A DNA stretch of 64,000 bases from a virus (lineage: Duplodnaviria > Caudoviricetes), in IMG/VR virus record IMGVR_UViG_3300020045_001345, positions 13,920 through 77,919 of that record; one strand, 5' to 3'. Under the pieces are notes generated by a model that did not search any database, was not told where the DNA came from, and saw only the letters and a program-made list of their open reading frames with translations. The translations under genes were made by a program, and so were the position numbers. Shown piece by piece: positions 47,831 to 55,988 of this stretch; the first letter of the stretch is position 1; the number at the start of each line of letters is the position of its first letter.

Positions 47831-48364
47831 TTATTTTGCAGACGAGGCTTGTTTAGCCTTGATGATTTGCATTTCTTTGCTTTCTACGACCTCTGGAGCT
47901 TTCGCTTCAGCAGTCACACCAGTTTCCTGAAACATTTGGCTAGTAGCCTCTTTATCAAGATTACTACTCATGCTTGAAACAACACTATCAAACGAAGCGT
48001 CATCCAATACACTCAATGTACTTAGCAAAGTAGTAGCTTTTTCAGTGCCTACAGCCATTTCCAAAGATTCTTTACGGTGAGCTAACTGCTTTGCAGCAGC
48101 AACAGCTACGAGTTCTTGTTTAGCAGCCTCAACAGCTAACAGAGCTTCTTGAGCTTCTGCAAACTTAGTTGACATCTCTGTAAACTTACTATTCAGTTCA
48201 CTGAAAGCAGCAGTTTGAAGTGCAAGAGACTCCTGTGCAGCACTCAATTGAACAACCATTTCAGCGGCTGACAATTGTGCCAGAGCTTCTTCTTTCTTCA
48301 TATCTACTTCCTTTTCACTCACGTTAAAAACCTTGTTAAATTCTTTTCGGATGCCTTTAAGCAT
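47831..48364 (-). CDS. Putative scaffolding protein
   Basis: Ala/Glu coiled coil between the protease and decoration genes; alternative start at 48301. Confidence 0.7.
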   Translation of the reverse strand: MLKGIRKEFNKVFNVSEKEVDMKKEEALAQLSAAEMVVQLSAAQESLALQTAAFSELNSKFTEMSTKFAEAQEALLAVEAAKQELVAVAAAKQLAHRKESLEMAVGTEKATTLLSTLSVLDDASFDSVVSSMSSNLDKEATSQMFQETGVTAEAKAPEVVESKEMQIIKAKQASSAK

Positions 48365-49214
48365 TTGTAACTCCTTGTTTTGATACAATGTATTTTACGA
48401 ATTCTCTGTTAGTCATGATTTTGTTTACAAGACCAATTTCAAGAGAGTCTTTTGCTAGGAATGTTTTAGCCTCAGTATCCTTGACAGATTGCTCGGATAA
48501 TCCTGTATAATTTGATACATGGGAGATAAACTCACCATATAAGAAATCGACTTTCATCTGTAGATCACCTAAGAACTCTTTTCGGAAGCTTCCATCTTCT
48601 GCATAAGGAATCTTTTCAGATCCTGCTGTGATGAAGACTGGTTTAAGTCCTTCCTGCTCTAGTTGTTTAGACCTGTCGCACAAACTAATCAACACACCTA
48701 TACTTCCAGTTTCTGCGTAAGGATTGCAAACAACCTCATCAGCTACACACGCAAACAAGTAAGCTGCAGAAGCTGCGCATCCTTGTACATAGGATACTAG
48801 AGTTACTCCTGCGTCATCACACATTGCTCTCAGGTCATTTGCACTCTCAAATGCTCCTGATGCTTCACCGCCGCCGCTGTCAATGTCTAGGATAATAGTT
48901 GTACAGCCAGATTCTATTAGTTCGTCAGCTTGTTCTAGGATGTCCTCGTAAGAACAACCCCCACACATTGCCTCCCATCCAGTGGGCTTGTTTGTCAAAG
49001 CCCCGTGAATCTCGATAACACCTACATTGTTGATATCATCTAAATCGTCAGGTTCTCCTTCGACTTCTGGAGTTTCTGGAACGACTGGAAGCACCATCAA
49101 CCCTGCGTTACGAGAATTTAAGAAAGCCTCAATAGAGTTAAAACTTGATTGTGAGATAAGAAGAGGGGTATGGTACAATTGCTGTGTAAATCTTAGTAAT
49201 TTATGTGACTTCAT
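48357..49214 (-). CDS. Prohead protease, S49 (SppA/gpC-like) family
   Basis: I.+HGAL, LDIDSGGGE.SG, AASAAY..A..AD, TGSIGV; ATG at 49214. Confidence 0.9.
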   Translation of the reverse strand: MKSHKLLRFTQQLYHTPLLISQSSFNSIEAFLNSRNAGLMVLPVVPETPEVEGEPDDLDDINNVGVIEIHGALTNKPTGWEAMCGGCSYEDILEQADELIESGCTTIILDIDSGGGEASGAFESANDLRAMCDDAGVTLVSYVQGCAASAAYLFACVADEVVCNPYAETGSIGVLISLCDRSKQLEQEGLKPVFITAGSEKIPYAEDGSFRKEFLGDLQMKVDFLYGEFISHVSNYTGLSEQSVKDTEAKTFLAKDSLEIGLVNKIMTNREFVKYIVSKQGVTNA

Positions 49215-49846
49215 TCTGTTCCTTCTTGTAATTTTAACCAACTCATGTAGGCTGTATCTTCAGAAGGATTCCACCCTGACTTTATTTTATTTATAACCTT
49301 CATAACACTGTCAGAGCCAATGTTTAACATTCTACCAATACTCCTTCTTCCCATGCCTTGTTCAACTACAAAAGGATATATAATTAGTGATGACTTCCAA
49401 GCATCCTTATTAGAATAAGGATGCTGCCAAGGGAACTCAAAAGAATACTGTAACACCCCTCTTTTCCTATTTTCCTCATTACACTTACTTGTTCTTTTTT
49501 TACCTGTATTCTTCTTGGATACTTTCAATATATGATCAGGAGTATTTTCACAACCCTCTCTGGTGTATTTTCCACCTGTTGCAAGATTCCAACCAATTTT
49601 CTCAGAAGACCTAAGTGTGTTTTCCATGTAATAACAGTAGTCAATATCACCTGAAATTAAGGTGTCACAAACAAGTATATCTTTATGAGATTTTATGGCA
49701 TTTATAATCCTAGTTATGCCTTTGGAGTTAGCAGCAGACAAGTGTCTAGTATATCTATCTTTCACAGAGAGGCTAGTTACTCCTACATACCCCTGAGTTA
49801 AAATATCTGTGTGAGTTGGTAGATGTATCCAATATACGTATGCCAA
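49211..49846 (-). CDS. Free-standing GIY-YIG homing endonuclease
   Basis: YVYWIH...GYVGVT...RY..H, E...I..GWN...GG; TTG at 49846 follows an AAGGAG SD. Confidence 0.82.
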   Translation of the reverse strand: MAYVYWIHLPTHTDILTQGYVGVTSLSVKDRYTRHLSAANSKGITRIINAIKSHKDILVCDTLISGDIDYCYYMENTLRSSEKIGWNLATGGKYTREGCENTPDHILKVSKKNTGKKRTSKCNEENRKRGVLQYSFEFPWQHPYSNKDAWKSSLIIYPFVVEQGMGRRSIGRMLNIGSDSVMKVINKIKSGWNPSEDTAYMSWLKLQEGTE

Positions 49847-49847
49847 A

Positions 49848-51347
49848 TTAATTCTCCTTATTTGCGACTGAAGTATCACCACTGCCGAAAGGATCTTTTG
49901 CTGTTCCGTTACCAGTTGGTGACTTCATACCTTCACCAGATTTACTTTGCACACCTGACATATTGGCTGGAAGTAATTCACTGTGAACTGGTTCGTCATC
50001 TGGAAGCGGTTGCACTCCCAACATAACACGAATTCTGTTCATCAAGTCTCTTGTCATCTCTACCCCACCAACAGCAAATATCCTCTGCACAGCAGAACTA
50101 AAATCTGTCAGATCAACTTCCTCTGTGCTCTCATAAGAGAATGTAGCCATGTTTTCACAAGACCATCCATTCATCTGATAGAGCATCTTCATCAGTGTAC
50201 TATTGAGGACACTAGAAATCTCTTTAAGCTTTGAGTCTATTGCTAATGCTAGAATAGATGTCTTAGATTCTGCTAACGAGAAGCTACCACTGCCATCTGC
50301 GCCGAGTTTTAGTACGTCTACAGAGAGAGCTGATAGAATGTCTTGTTGCAATCCTTTAATGACGCTCTCAACGTTGTTGGCGTTACTACCTTTACTTTCA
50401 AGCAACGAGTAGCTGAACATTGGGAGCTTAGACTCAGGATCATATTGCTGGGGAACTAATAGCCCTGCAGTAGTGCCATTGTTATGCCCATCAATAATCT
50501 TCTTGAAAGCCTCTGCAGCAACACCTTTATCGGGAGCCTCTGTACCAGCTAAATACTGTGCAGGAAGCTCAATCTTCAACATACCCTTAGCTTCTTTAGC
50601 AATGGATATGAGTTGCTGCTCCTGCAGAAGAGTCATCTGCTTGTAAGCTAGGTAAATATTTGAGAAGATACTTCTACCTTCTGGATTACCTTTTGTTTGA
50701 TTTGTGGTAAAATGTAACAGCTTGCTGTAAGGGATATCAATGAAACCATCAATGTCAGTACGATTCATGAACTTATAAGCATTCTCAAGATTACGAAGAG
50801 ATTGCTTTACAGAGATTAATGTGTTACCATCTTCTGTGAAGTTCCAGCCTGATATTGTGTCTTGTGAACGTGTTGGAAGTTTTTTAATTCCTATCAGCCC
50901 ATCATTGAAGGCGCTGCCATTACGTTTCAAGCGTCTGTATAACACCATCTCATTGAGAGCAAAGCCGTAACGTAATACTGGAATAACACTCTCTATGAAA
51001 GAAGCCCATGTGTGCTCCATATCATGCATCATTGTCGAGATGAGTCTTGCACGTTCTTTCTCGGTGCTAGTGGCATTGACAGGAGGGAGAACTTTCCAAT
51101 TAACCCTTGTCATCATAAACCTATAGACATTCAAACAAGCCCCAACTGTAGGGTTGTTCTCAATTTCATTAATAGTCTTGATAATAGCTGGGTAGCGGAA
51201 GGCTCTTGAAGCTTCTTCTTGTATTTGTTTGTTCGATATTTTCAATCCACTGAAGCCTATTTCTGTTAAAGATAGTCTTGGGATTGTAGAGCCTTCGTCA
51301 GGCTGTGAAGCGCCAATAACGCCATCAGGCGAGTTCGCTGTAGGCAT
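49848..51347 (-). CDS. Portal protein (DUF935/Mu gp29-like)
   Basis: YGF...E.V, GNPEG.S+...Y.AY, GS+.LAESK, follows terL. Confidence 0.88.
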   Translation of the reverse strand: MPTANSPDGVIGASQPDEGSTIPRLSLTEIGFSGLKISNKQIQEEASRAFRYPAIIKTINEIENNPTVGACLNVYRFMMTRVNWKVLPPVNATSTEKERARLISTMMHDMEHTWASFIESVIPVLRYGFALNEMVLYRRLKRNGSAFNDGLIGIKKLPTRSQDTISGWNFTEDGNTLISVKQSLRNLENAYKFMNRTDIDGFIDIPYSKLLHFTTNQTKGNPEGRSIFSNIYLAYKQMTLLQEQQLISIAKEAKGMLKIELPAQYLAGTEAPDKGVAAEAFKKIIDGHNNGTTAGLLVPQQYDPESKLPMFSYSLLESKGSNANNVESVIKGLQQDILSALSVDVLKLGADGSGSFSLAESKTSILALAIDSKLKEISSVLNSTLMKMLYQMNGWSCENMATFSYESTEEVDLTDFSSAVQRIFAVGGVEMTRDLMNRIRVMLGVQPLPDDEPVHSELLPANMSGVQSKSGEGMKSPTGNGTAKDPFGSGDTSVANKEN

Positions 51348-51377
51348 TGTTCTTGCTCCTATGAATTATTTCGTGGG

Positions 51378-51406
51378 ATTATACCACAGAGTTGAATGTT
51401 TGTCAA
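51378..51406 (-). promoter_or_regulatory. sigma70 promoter for portal and head genes
   Basis: TTGACA-17-TGnTATAAT on the - strand. Confidence 0.88.
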
Positions 51407-51407
51407 G

Positions 51408-51456
51408 AACTATTTCGGTATAAATGTGATAAACTTGTAAATATGCCGAAATAGTT
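51408..51456 (-). terminator. Long hairpin between terL and the portal promoter
   Basis: AACTATTTCGGCATA...TATACCGAAATAGTT, abutting the -35 box. Confidence 0.55.
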
Positions 51457-51483
51457 GTAAGACTAATAATATAAATGTACCTT

Positions 51484-53156
51484 TTAAGGTACTGAAGGTA
51501 CGGGGCTAGATTGTGTTATTGGCGTTATTGAGAAGATTGGCATAGATTGTGACTTCATACAAGTATTAGCTGCGTCTGAAGTAGCATCCACAGGATCATC
51601 AAATCCACCGCGTCTACCTGTAAAATCCTCTAAGCAGGCAATATACCAGTTGTTCCATTCACCAGCCAACATGGAGCAATTGCCTGATTCACATAAACTT
51701 GAGAAAGGGCTGAATCGTGCCACTTTACCAGAGTGTCCAGACATCACACTAGATTGTGTAGGTATCCCATTCTCTGCTAAAACTTTACGGTAATAGGCGT
51801 GTGCTACAGATCCACCAGCTCCTGAGTCTTTTGGTAACACAATTTTTACATCAGCGCCATCTTCAATAGCAATTGCTATAATTTGCTTCAATACGCCATC
51901 TGGTCTGTCTCTAAATTTATATGCATCTAAGATATAGTAGTGGCCTGTTACTTTACCTTTACCAACTTTTACTCCGCAAGTCCAATCGGGATTAGGATTT
52001 GACTCAGAAGGGACAGTTGCAGCTAAGTCGTATCCACGCACAATAACAGACAGTTCCTCTGGGATTTCATTTACGATTGGAACCCAAGCACTTCTCCAAA
52101 GTTGGCTAGCTTCTTCTTTAGCATGCCAGCTTCCTAGATACAGGCGCTCTCTCTCAGTACGTTTAAGATTCTCAAGCCTCTCTACATAAGCAGGGTTTAG
52201 CACCTTCATAATAGGGTTATCACGGACAGTTGCACTGATATACGTGTATGTCTGGGGTTTTATTCCGTCACCATATGTAGCAATAAGCTCTTCTTTAGTG
52301 TCTGCAATAACAGTTACACCACCCCAAGTAGCATAATACCTCTCAATTCCTGACAGCTCTGGTTTAGGGATTCCTGTTTCAAGGTCGAGATATGGTTTTA
52401 CGAACTGGTAAAGATAGCAGGTCATGCTAGGGTTAGCGGTTGCAATTAATTGGTGTGGAGCTTTTGCTTTAGACCTTATGCGAGATTCTAGGTACTTTAT
52501 TTGAACATCAGAATGCCATTGAGCCTCATCGAAGATGATTAGGGATGCCTGTAATCCGTCAAAATTATTAATATCCCTGTCATGCTGGCACACTTTAAAT
52601 TGTACTTGTGCGCCAGAGGGGAATGTTGCAGTCATTTGAGGGTGAGATTTAAATTCAGCTCCAAATTGCCTCCACATACTCTGTGCTTCCATAAACAAGC
52701 CTCCTGCCTGTGAAAGCTGTGTGCTTGTTTGTCTTATGAAAACTGCCCTAAAATTAGGGTCGTTAATATACTTCAATATTAACATCAATGCTTGGTGTGA
52801 CTTGCCAGCCGGATATTCAAGTAAGTTCGTGAGGCTTACCCCGCAATTAAGCTGCTATACCTTCATATATACGTATAGAGTTGACTATATCATCATCCCA
52901 GTAGGATGCCTTCCGTTTCCACTCACTTGAGTGTACGAGCTTTCGCTCTAGTCGATGAACGTTCGCCTATAGGCGCTTCGCTGCTGATAACCCGCTAGGG
53001 CTTCCCAGTCAATTAAAAAGGTTTGCTCTACAGATTGCTCTGCAGAGGGGCATAGCAATTTTACCCTGCACCACCACCAAAGATCACGAACGAACTCTTG
53101 CAATTCAAGAACATCCTATGTGCTTCTGAGGCGGGTGATAATTTTATTTTACTCAT
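51484..53156 (-). CDS. terL: Terminase large subunit, two exons: 53156-53063 joined to 52808-51484 (472 aa)
   Basis: The spliced junction restores Walker A VIFGGGAG-S-GKS; Walker B LIIFDEAQ, coupling motif ATANP, nuclease RGYDLA and FDDPVDA. Confidence 0.92.
52809..53062 (-). ncRNA. Group I self-splicing intron (254 nt, no internal ORF)
   Basis: 5' exon ends in U pairing with G of the IGS (GGGU/GCCC); terminal G at 52809; P AAUUGACUGGGAAG (53014-53001), Q UAUCAGCAG (52989-52981), R GUUCAUCGACUAGA (52960-52947), S GAUAUAGUC (52891-52883); P2 CUCUGCAGA-GCAA-UCUGUAGAG; P8 CAUCC/GGAUG. Confidence 0.92.
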
Positions 53157-53409
53157 TTATACTCCTTAAATTGGTTCGCGGGCTACCCTTACCATGCTCC
53201 ACGAAATCGGCACAGCAAACTCTGTGCCCTCTCCACAAAATGCTATTAAAGCACTTACAGGAACCTCCTAGCTACTGAGGAGAGGCAGGATTACGCCCAG
53301 AGGTTCCTGTAAAAACTCTATAATACGAAAGTGGTGCTTACCCAGCACGAAGTGGTGGCTTGCCCGACCAGCACCCCAATCAAGGGGAAAGTCCCATAAG
53401 GGGAACTCT

Positions 53410-53482
53410 TGGAGCAGCCTGACGGATTTGAACCGTCTTCTTAACCTTGGAAGGGTTAGCCCTATCCCAGTAGGAAGGCTGC
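53410..53482 (-). tRNA. tRNA-Gly(UCC), 73 nt, encoded CCA, atypical D arm
   Basis: Acceptor GCAGCCT/AGGCTGC-T-CCA; anticodon stem TAACC/GGTTA with loop CT-TCC-AA; T arm GACGG-TTCAAAT-CCGTC. Confidence 0.85.
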
Positions 53483-53492
53483 ATAAATTGAA

Positions 53493-53667
53493 TTTGTAGC
53501 CGCTGCTCACCGAGCAATTTAATTCAGCTAATAGATTATTACAAAGGATTTCATACCTTCTGCTGACACATTTAAAGGGTTGTGATTGTTTATGTCTTAT
53601 AATTTGACAAATGACATAAACAAAAGCTCACACTTTTACCGAGTCTATACTCGCAACCTACTACAAA
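53493..53667 (-). ncRNA. Unassigned multi-stem structured RNA candidate
   Basis: Closing stem TTTGTAG/CTACAAA; internal stems CGAGT/ACTCG, TTGTTTATGTC/GACATAAACAA, TCAGC/GCTGA, AAGG/CCTT, TGCTC/GAGCA; no ORF with an SD. Confidence 0.5.
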
Positions 53668-53701
53668 ACTTGCTATGTCCACTACACTGTAATGTACAAA
53701 T

Positions 53702-53778
53702 TGGTGGAGCTGGTAAGATTTGAACTTACGACAATAAGCCTTGTGGACTTTGGTTCTACCAGACTGAACTACAGCTCC
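53702..53778 (-). tRNA. tRNA-like gene (77 nt) with degenerate anticodon arm; isotype undetermined
   Basis: Acceptor GGAGCTG/CAGCTCC-A-CCA; D arm GTTC-AGTCTGGTA-GAAC; T arm GTAAG-TTCAAAT-CTTAC; anticodon loop CC-ACA-AG lacks U33. Confidence 0.75.
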
Positions 53779-53783
53779 GTACT

Positions 53784-54119
53784 CTAATCAACCTCTTGAA
53801 TATTAGCAAAATCCAAGATAGGTCTACTATTAACAACACTCAAACTCTCCGCAGGACTGCCTTTATACTTATACTCTGCAATGAGTCTTGTAATATTATC
53901 AGTATTTTGTTTATCTAATACACTTACGTAAAATTCTAGTAGCTTTGTTGCACAAGCTAGTTTAAGCTTCTCATCTTGTGTTGTTTCCATTGTTGTTTCT
54001 AGCATATCAATAGCAGCATTAGACACTTTAGATAGCTTTTTAACAATAGTATCAAAACTTCCTTTTCTCTGCATGAAGCCAGAAGTTTCTTGGATTACAC
54101 TAATTTTCTGTGTAGCCAT
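53784..54119 (-). CDS. terS: Putative terminase small subunit
   Basis: Helical 111-aa protein, first gene of the morphogenesis operon, upstream of terL. Confidence 0.6.
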   Translation of the reverse strand: MATQKISVIQETSGFMQRKGSFDTIVKKLSKVSNAAIDMLETTMETTQDEKLKLACATKLLEFYVSVLDKQNTDNITRLIAEYKYKGSPAESLSVVNSRPILDFANIQEVD

Positions 54120-54147
54120 AATATCTCCTTATATCTTCTAATAACGA

Positions 54148-54176
54148 ATAGTAACATAAACTATCCATTTTGTCAA
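54148..54176 (-). promoter_or_regulatory. sigma70 promoter of the morphogenesis operon
   Basis: TTGACA-17-TGnTACTAT; short dyad ATAGT/ACTAT over the -10 box. Confidence 0.85.
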
Positions 54177-54199
54177 GTGTTTTATTACTTTGCCGTATA

Positions 54200-54228
54200 T
54201 TGACAAATGAAGTCTCTCATGTTATCCT
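54200..54228 (+). promoter_or_regulatory. Divergent sigma70 promoter of the + strand block
   Basis: TTGACA-17-TGnTATCCT. Confidence 0.7.
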
Positions 54229-54384
54229 ACACACTCACTAACAAATAGGAAAACTTATGAAAAAGAATTTTAAGTATTGGCTGTTGATCTGGACACACTT
54301 AATCACAGGAAAACGTGTAATAGATTTCATGGGAGCAACTTATATAGTCTATGGAAGAGTTGTCAGGAAGGTAGGAGACTACAA

Positions 54385-54624
54385 ATGAATTTCGTTACAG
54401 CTTCATTACAAGATATTATAGAATTTCTTGACGCTTGTAAAAACTTAGAATACACTTCAAACACTCTGGTAATTGAGTACCAAGCAATCTCAGACAGTAA
54501 AACTGAGTTGAAAATTAAGATTGCTTATGAGATTGTCGTGGCTAGACGAGCTTGTAGCAAGGCTATAAAATACTTAGATAAGTACAAAGCTGAGTATGAT
54601 TTTGAACAACATGTAGGAATTTAA
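54385..54624 (+). CDS. Hypothetical protein
   Basis: ATG at 54385 with AGGAG SD (track start 54277). Confidence 0.65.
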   Translation: MNFVTASLQDIIEFLDACKNLEYTSNTLVIEYQAISDSKTELKIKIAYEIVVARRACSKAIKYLDKYKAEYDFEQHVGI

Positions 54625-54635
54625 GGAGAATAAGT

Positions 54636-54860
54636 ATGAATGTATTTAATGTAACATTTAGAGGTTACGAAGGAAAGCAAGAAGTTGCTAAAATAGAAAC
54701 ACAGATGTCAAATGAGGAGCTTATTCATTTTACTTCTGATAGTGTAAAGAATTTCATATCTGAGAACCACCCAGAAGGAAATAAATTAAAACTCACAAAT
54801 GCACTTGCCTCTGTCGGAGATTTTGCATATCGTAAAGGAGATCAAATTGAACTGTTTTAA
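54636..54860 (+). CDS. Hypothetical protein
   Basis: AAGGAG SD. Confidence 0.7.
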   Translation: MNVFNVTFRGYEGKQEVAKIETQMSNEELIHFTSDSVKNFISENHPEGNKLKLTNALASVGDFAYRKGDQIELF

Positions 54861-54955
54861 TGTAGAAGAATTTATCACAGAACTAGAAGAACTTGAAGAG
54901 GCTCTTGATATGCACGAGAGTTTGACAGCTATGCAACCACTGTATCAAGAAGGGG

Positions 54956-55195
54956 ATGAGTATGTATGAGTTGTCAACCATAGTTACTGACTTCCCTGCT
55001 TTTAAGGTTCTTAATAGGCTTACGGGAGTAGAGTATCTTGGTAATATATCAACCTACAATCAGATACAGTATAAAATTGGTATCGAAGCTTGGCTAGAAG
55101 ACTTTATTCAACTTAGCTGGCTTGACAGCAAAACGGTAGCAGAATCTTTAGAAATATGGGCTAAAGCATTAACACAAAAGGAGGAATTACAATGA
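54956..55195 (+). CDS. Hypothetical protein
   Basis: Operon packing. Confidence 0.65.
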   Translation: MSMYELSTIVTDFPAFKVLNRLTGVEYLGNISTYNQIQYKIGIEAWLEDFIQLSWLDSKTVAESLEIWAKALTQKEELQ

Positions 55196-55437
55196 ACAAA
55201 GAAGGATTTTCACATAAACTTGAATTACTGTGTGCTAGTAGTGAAGAGGGGTTGCAGCTTGAGATTGATAAATGGGTTGCAGATGGTTGGAGTGTATATC
55301 AACCTATCACGGCTGAAATGTTCTGCTATTCAGCTAGTGTTATTAAATATACAAAGCTACCTATGACTCGCCATGAAGTGCTAGAGAAGGCTCGGGCTGC
55401 TCGCTCTCACTTGAAGGACAAGAATGCCTCAGAATAA
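55192..55437 (+). CDS. Hypothetical protein (DUF1737-like motif I..GW...Q.+)
   Basis: LQLEIDKWVADGWSVY; C-terminal VLEKARAAR. Confidence 0.6.
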   Translation: MNKEGFSHKLELLCASSEEGLQLEIDKWVADGWSVYQPITAEMFCYSASVIKYTKLPMTRHEVLEKARAARSHLKDKNASE

Positions 55438-55627
55438 CCTCCCCAACACGCTAGAACAAGCCTTAAAACGCATAGAAGAACTAGAGGCTACCCTAGTAGC
55501 CTTTTGCTCTGGGAAGCTTCCTAAGAGCTATACACTACAACAGAAGCTCTTTCAACAATATGGCGAGAGACTTGCATACTTAGAAGATTTATATAAGAAA
55601 GGAATACTAAATGGTAGCTTCGATTAA
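55424..55627 (+). CDS. Hypothetical protein
   Basis: Overlapping operon packing. Confidence 0.6.
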   Translation: MPQNNLPNTLEQALKRIEELEATLVAFCSGKLPKSYTLQQKLFQQYGERLAYLEDLYKKGILNGSFD

Positions 55628-55859
55628 TGAACACACAAATGACAGAATTAGAGTAGGTACTAATAGCAGTGATACTTATGGGAATGCTTATGATTCTATT
55701 TTCAGGCAAAATACTGTAGAGTTGGCTGACACTAAGAACCTCTTGATTACACTGGAGAGTAATCTGCTAGATGATCTTATAAGTAAAACTACTAAGAATA
55801 GTATTTCAATTGATAGTTTCTTAGGAGACATTATTAAGAAGAATTTAAAGTTCTTGTAA
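55611..55859 (+). CDS. Hypothetical protein
   Basis: ORF ends just before a terminator; true start uncertain. Confidence 0.55.
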   Translation: MVASINEHTNDRIRVGTNSSDTYGNAYDSIFRQNTVELADTKNLLITLESNLLDDLISKTTKNSISIDSFLGDIIKKNLKFL

Positions 55860-55868
55860 CACATTGTC

Positions 55869-55890
55869 AATACCTAGAAATAGGTATTTT
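55869..55890 (+). terminator. Intrinsic terminator
   Basis: AATACCTA-GAAA-TAGGTATT-TT. Confidence 0.75.
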
Positions 55891-55893
55891 CTC

Positions 55894-55922
55894 TTGACTT
55901 TTCTCAATTGCCATGCTACAAT
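55894..55922 (+). promoter_or_regulatory. sigma70 promoter upstream of phoH
   Basis: TTGACT-17-TGnTACAAT. Confidence 0.8.
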
Positions 55923-55988
55923 CCTTTAGTCAATGCAATAAGTTGACATTTATTAACAAATAGAAGTTTTTGAGATAGGATACATATT

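Noticed and set aside
53255-53312. Possible hammerhead ribozyme (CTGAGGAG on the + strand in a three-way junction)
   Set aside because: The required GAAA and correctly placed UH cleavage triplet are missing.
53268-53510. 80-aa - strand ORF
   Set aside because: Overlaps tRNA-Gly and hairpin domains; no SD and no protein-like composition.
53702-53778. tmRNA (3' end CCAGCTCCACCA)
   Set aside because: Only 77 nt with a full D arm, no tag reading frame, and A3:U70 instead of G3:U70.
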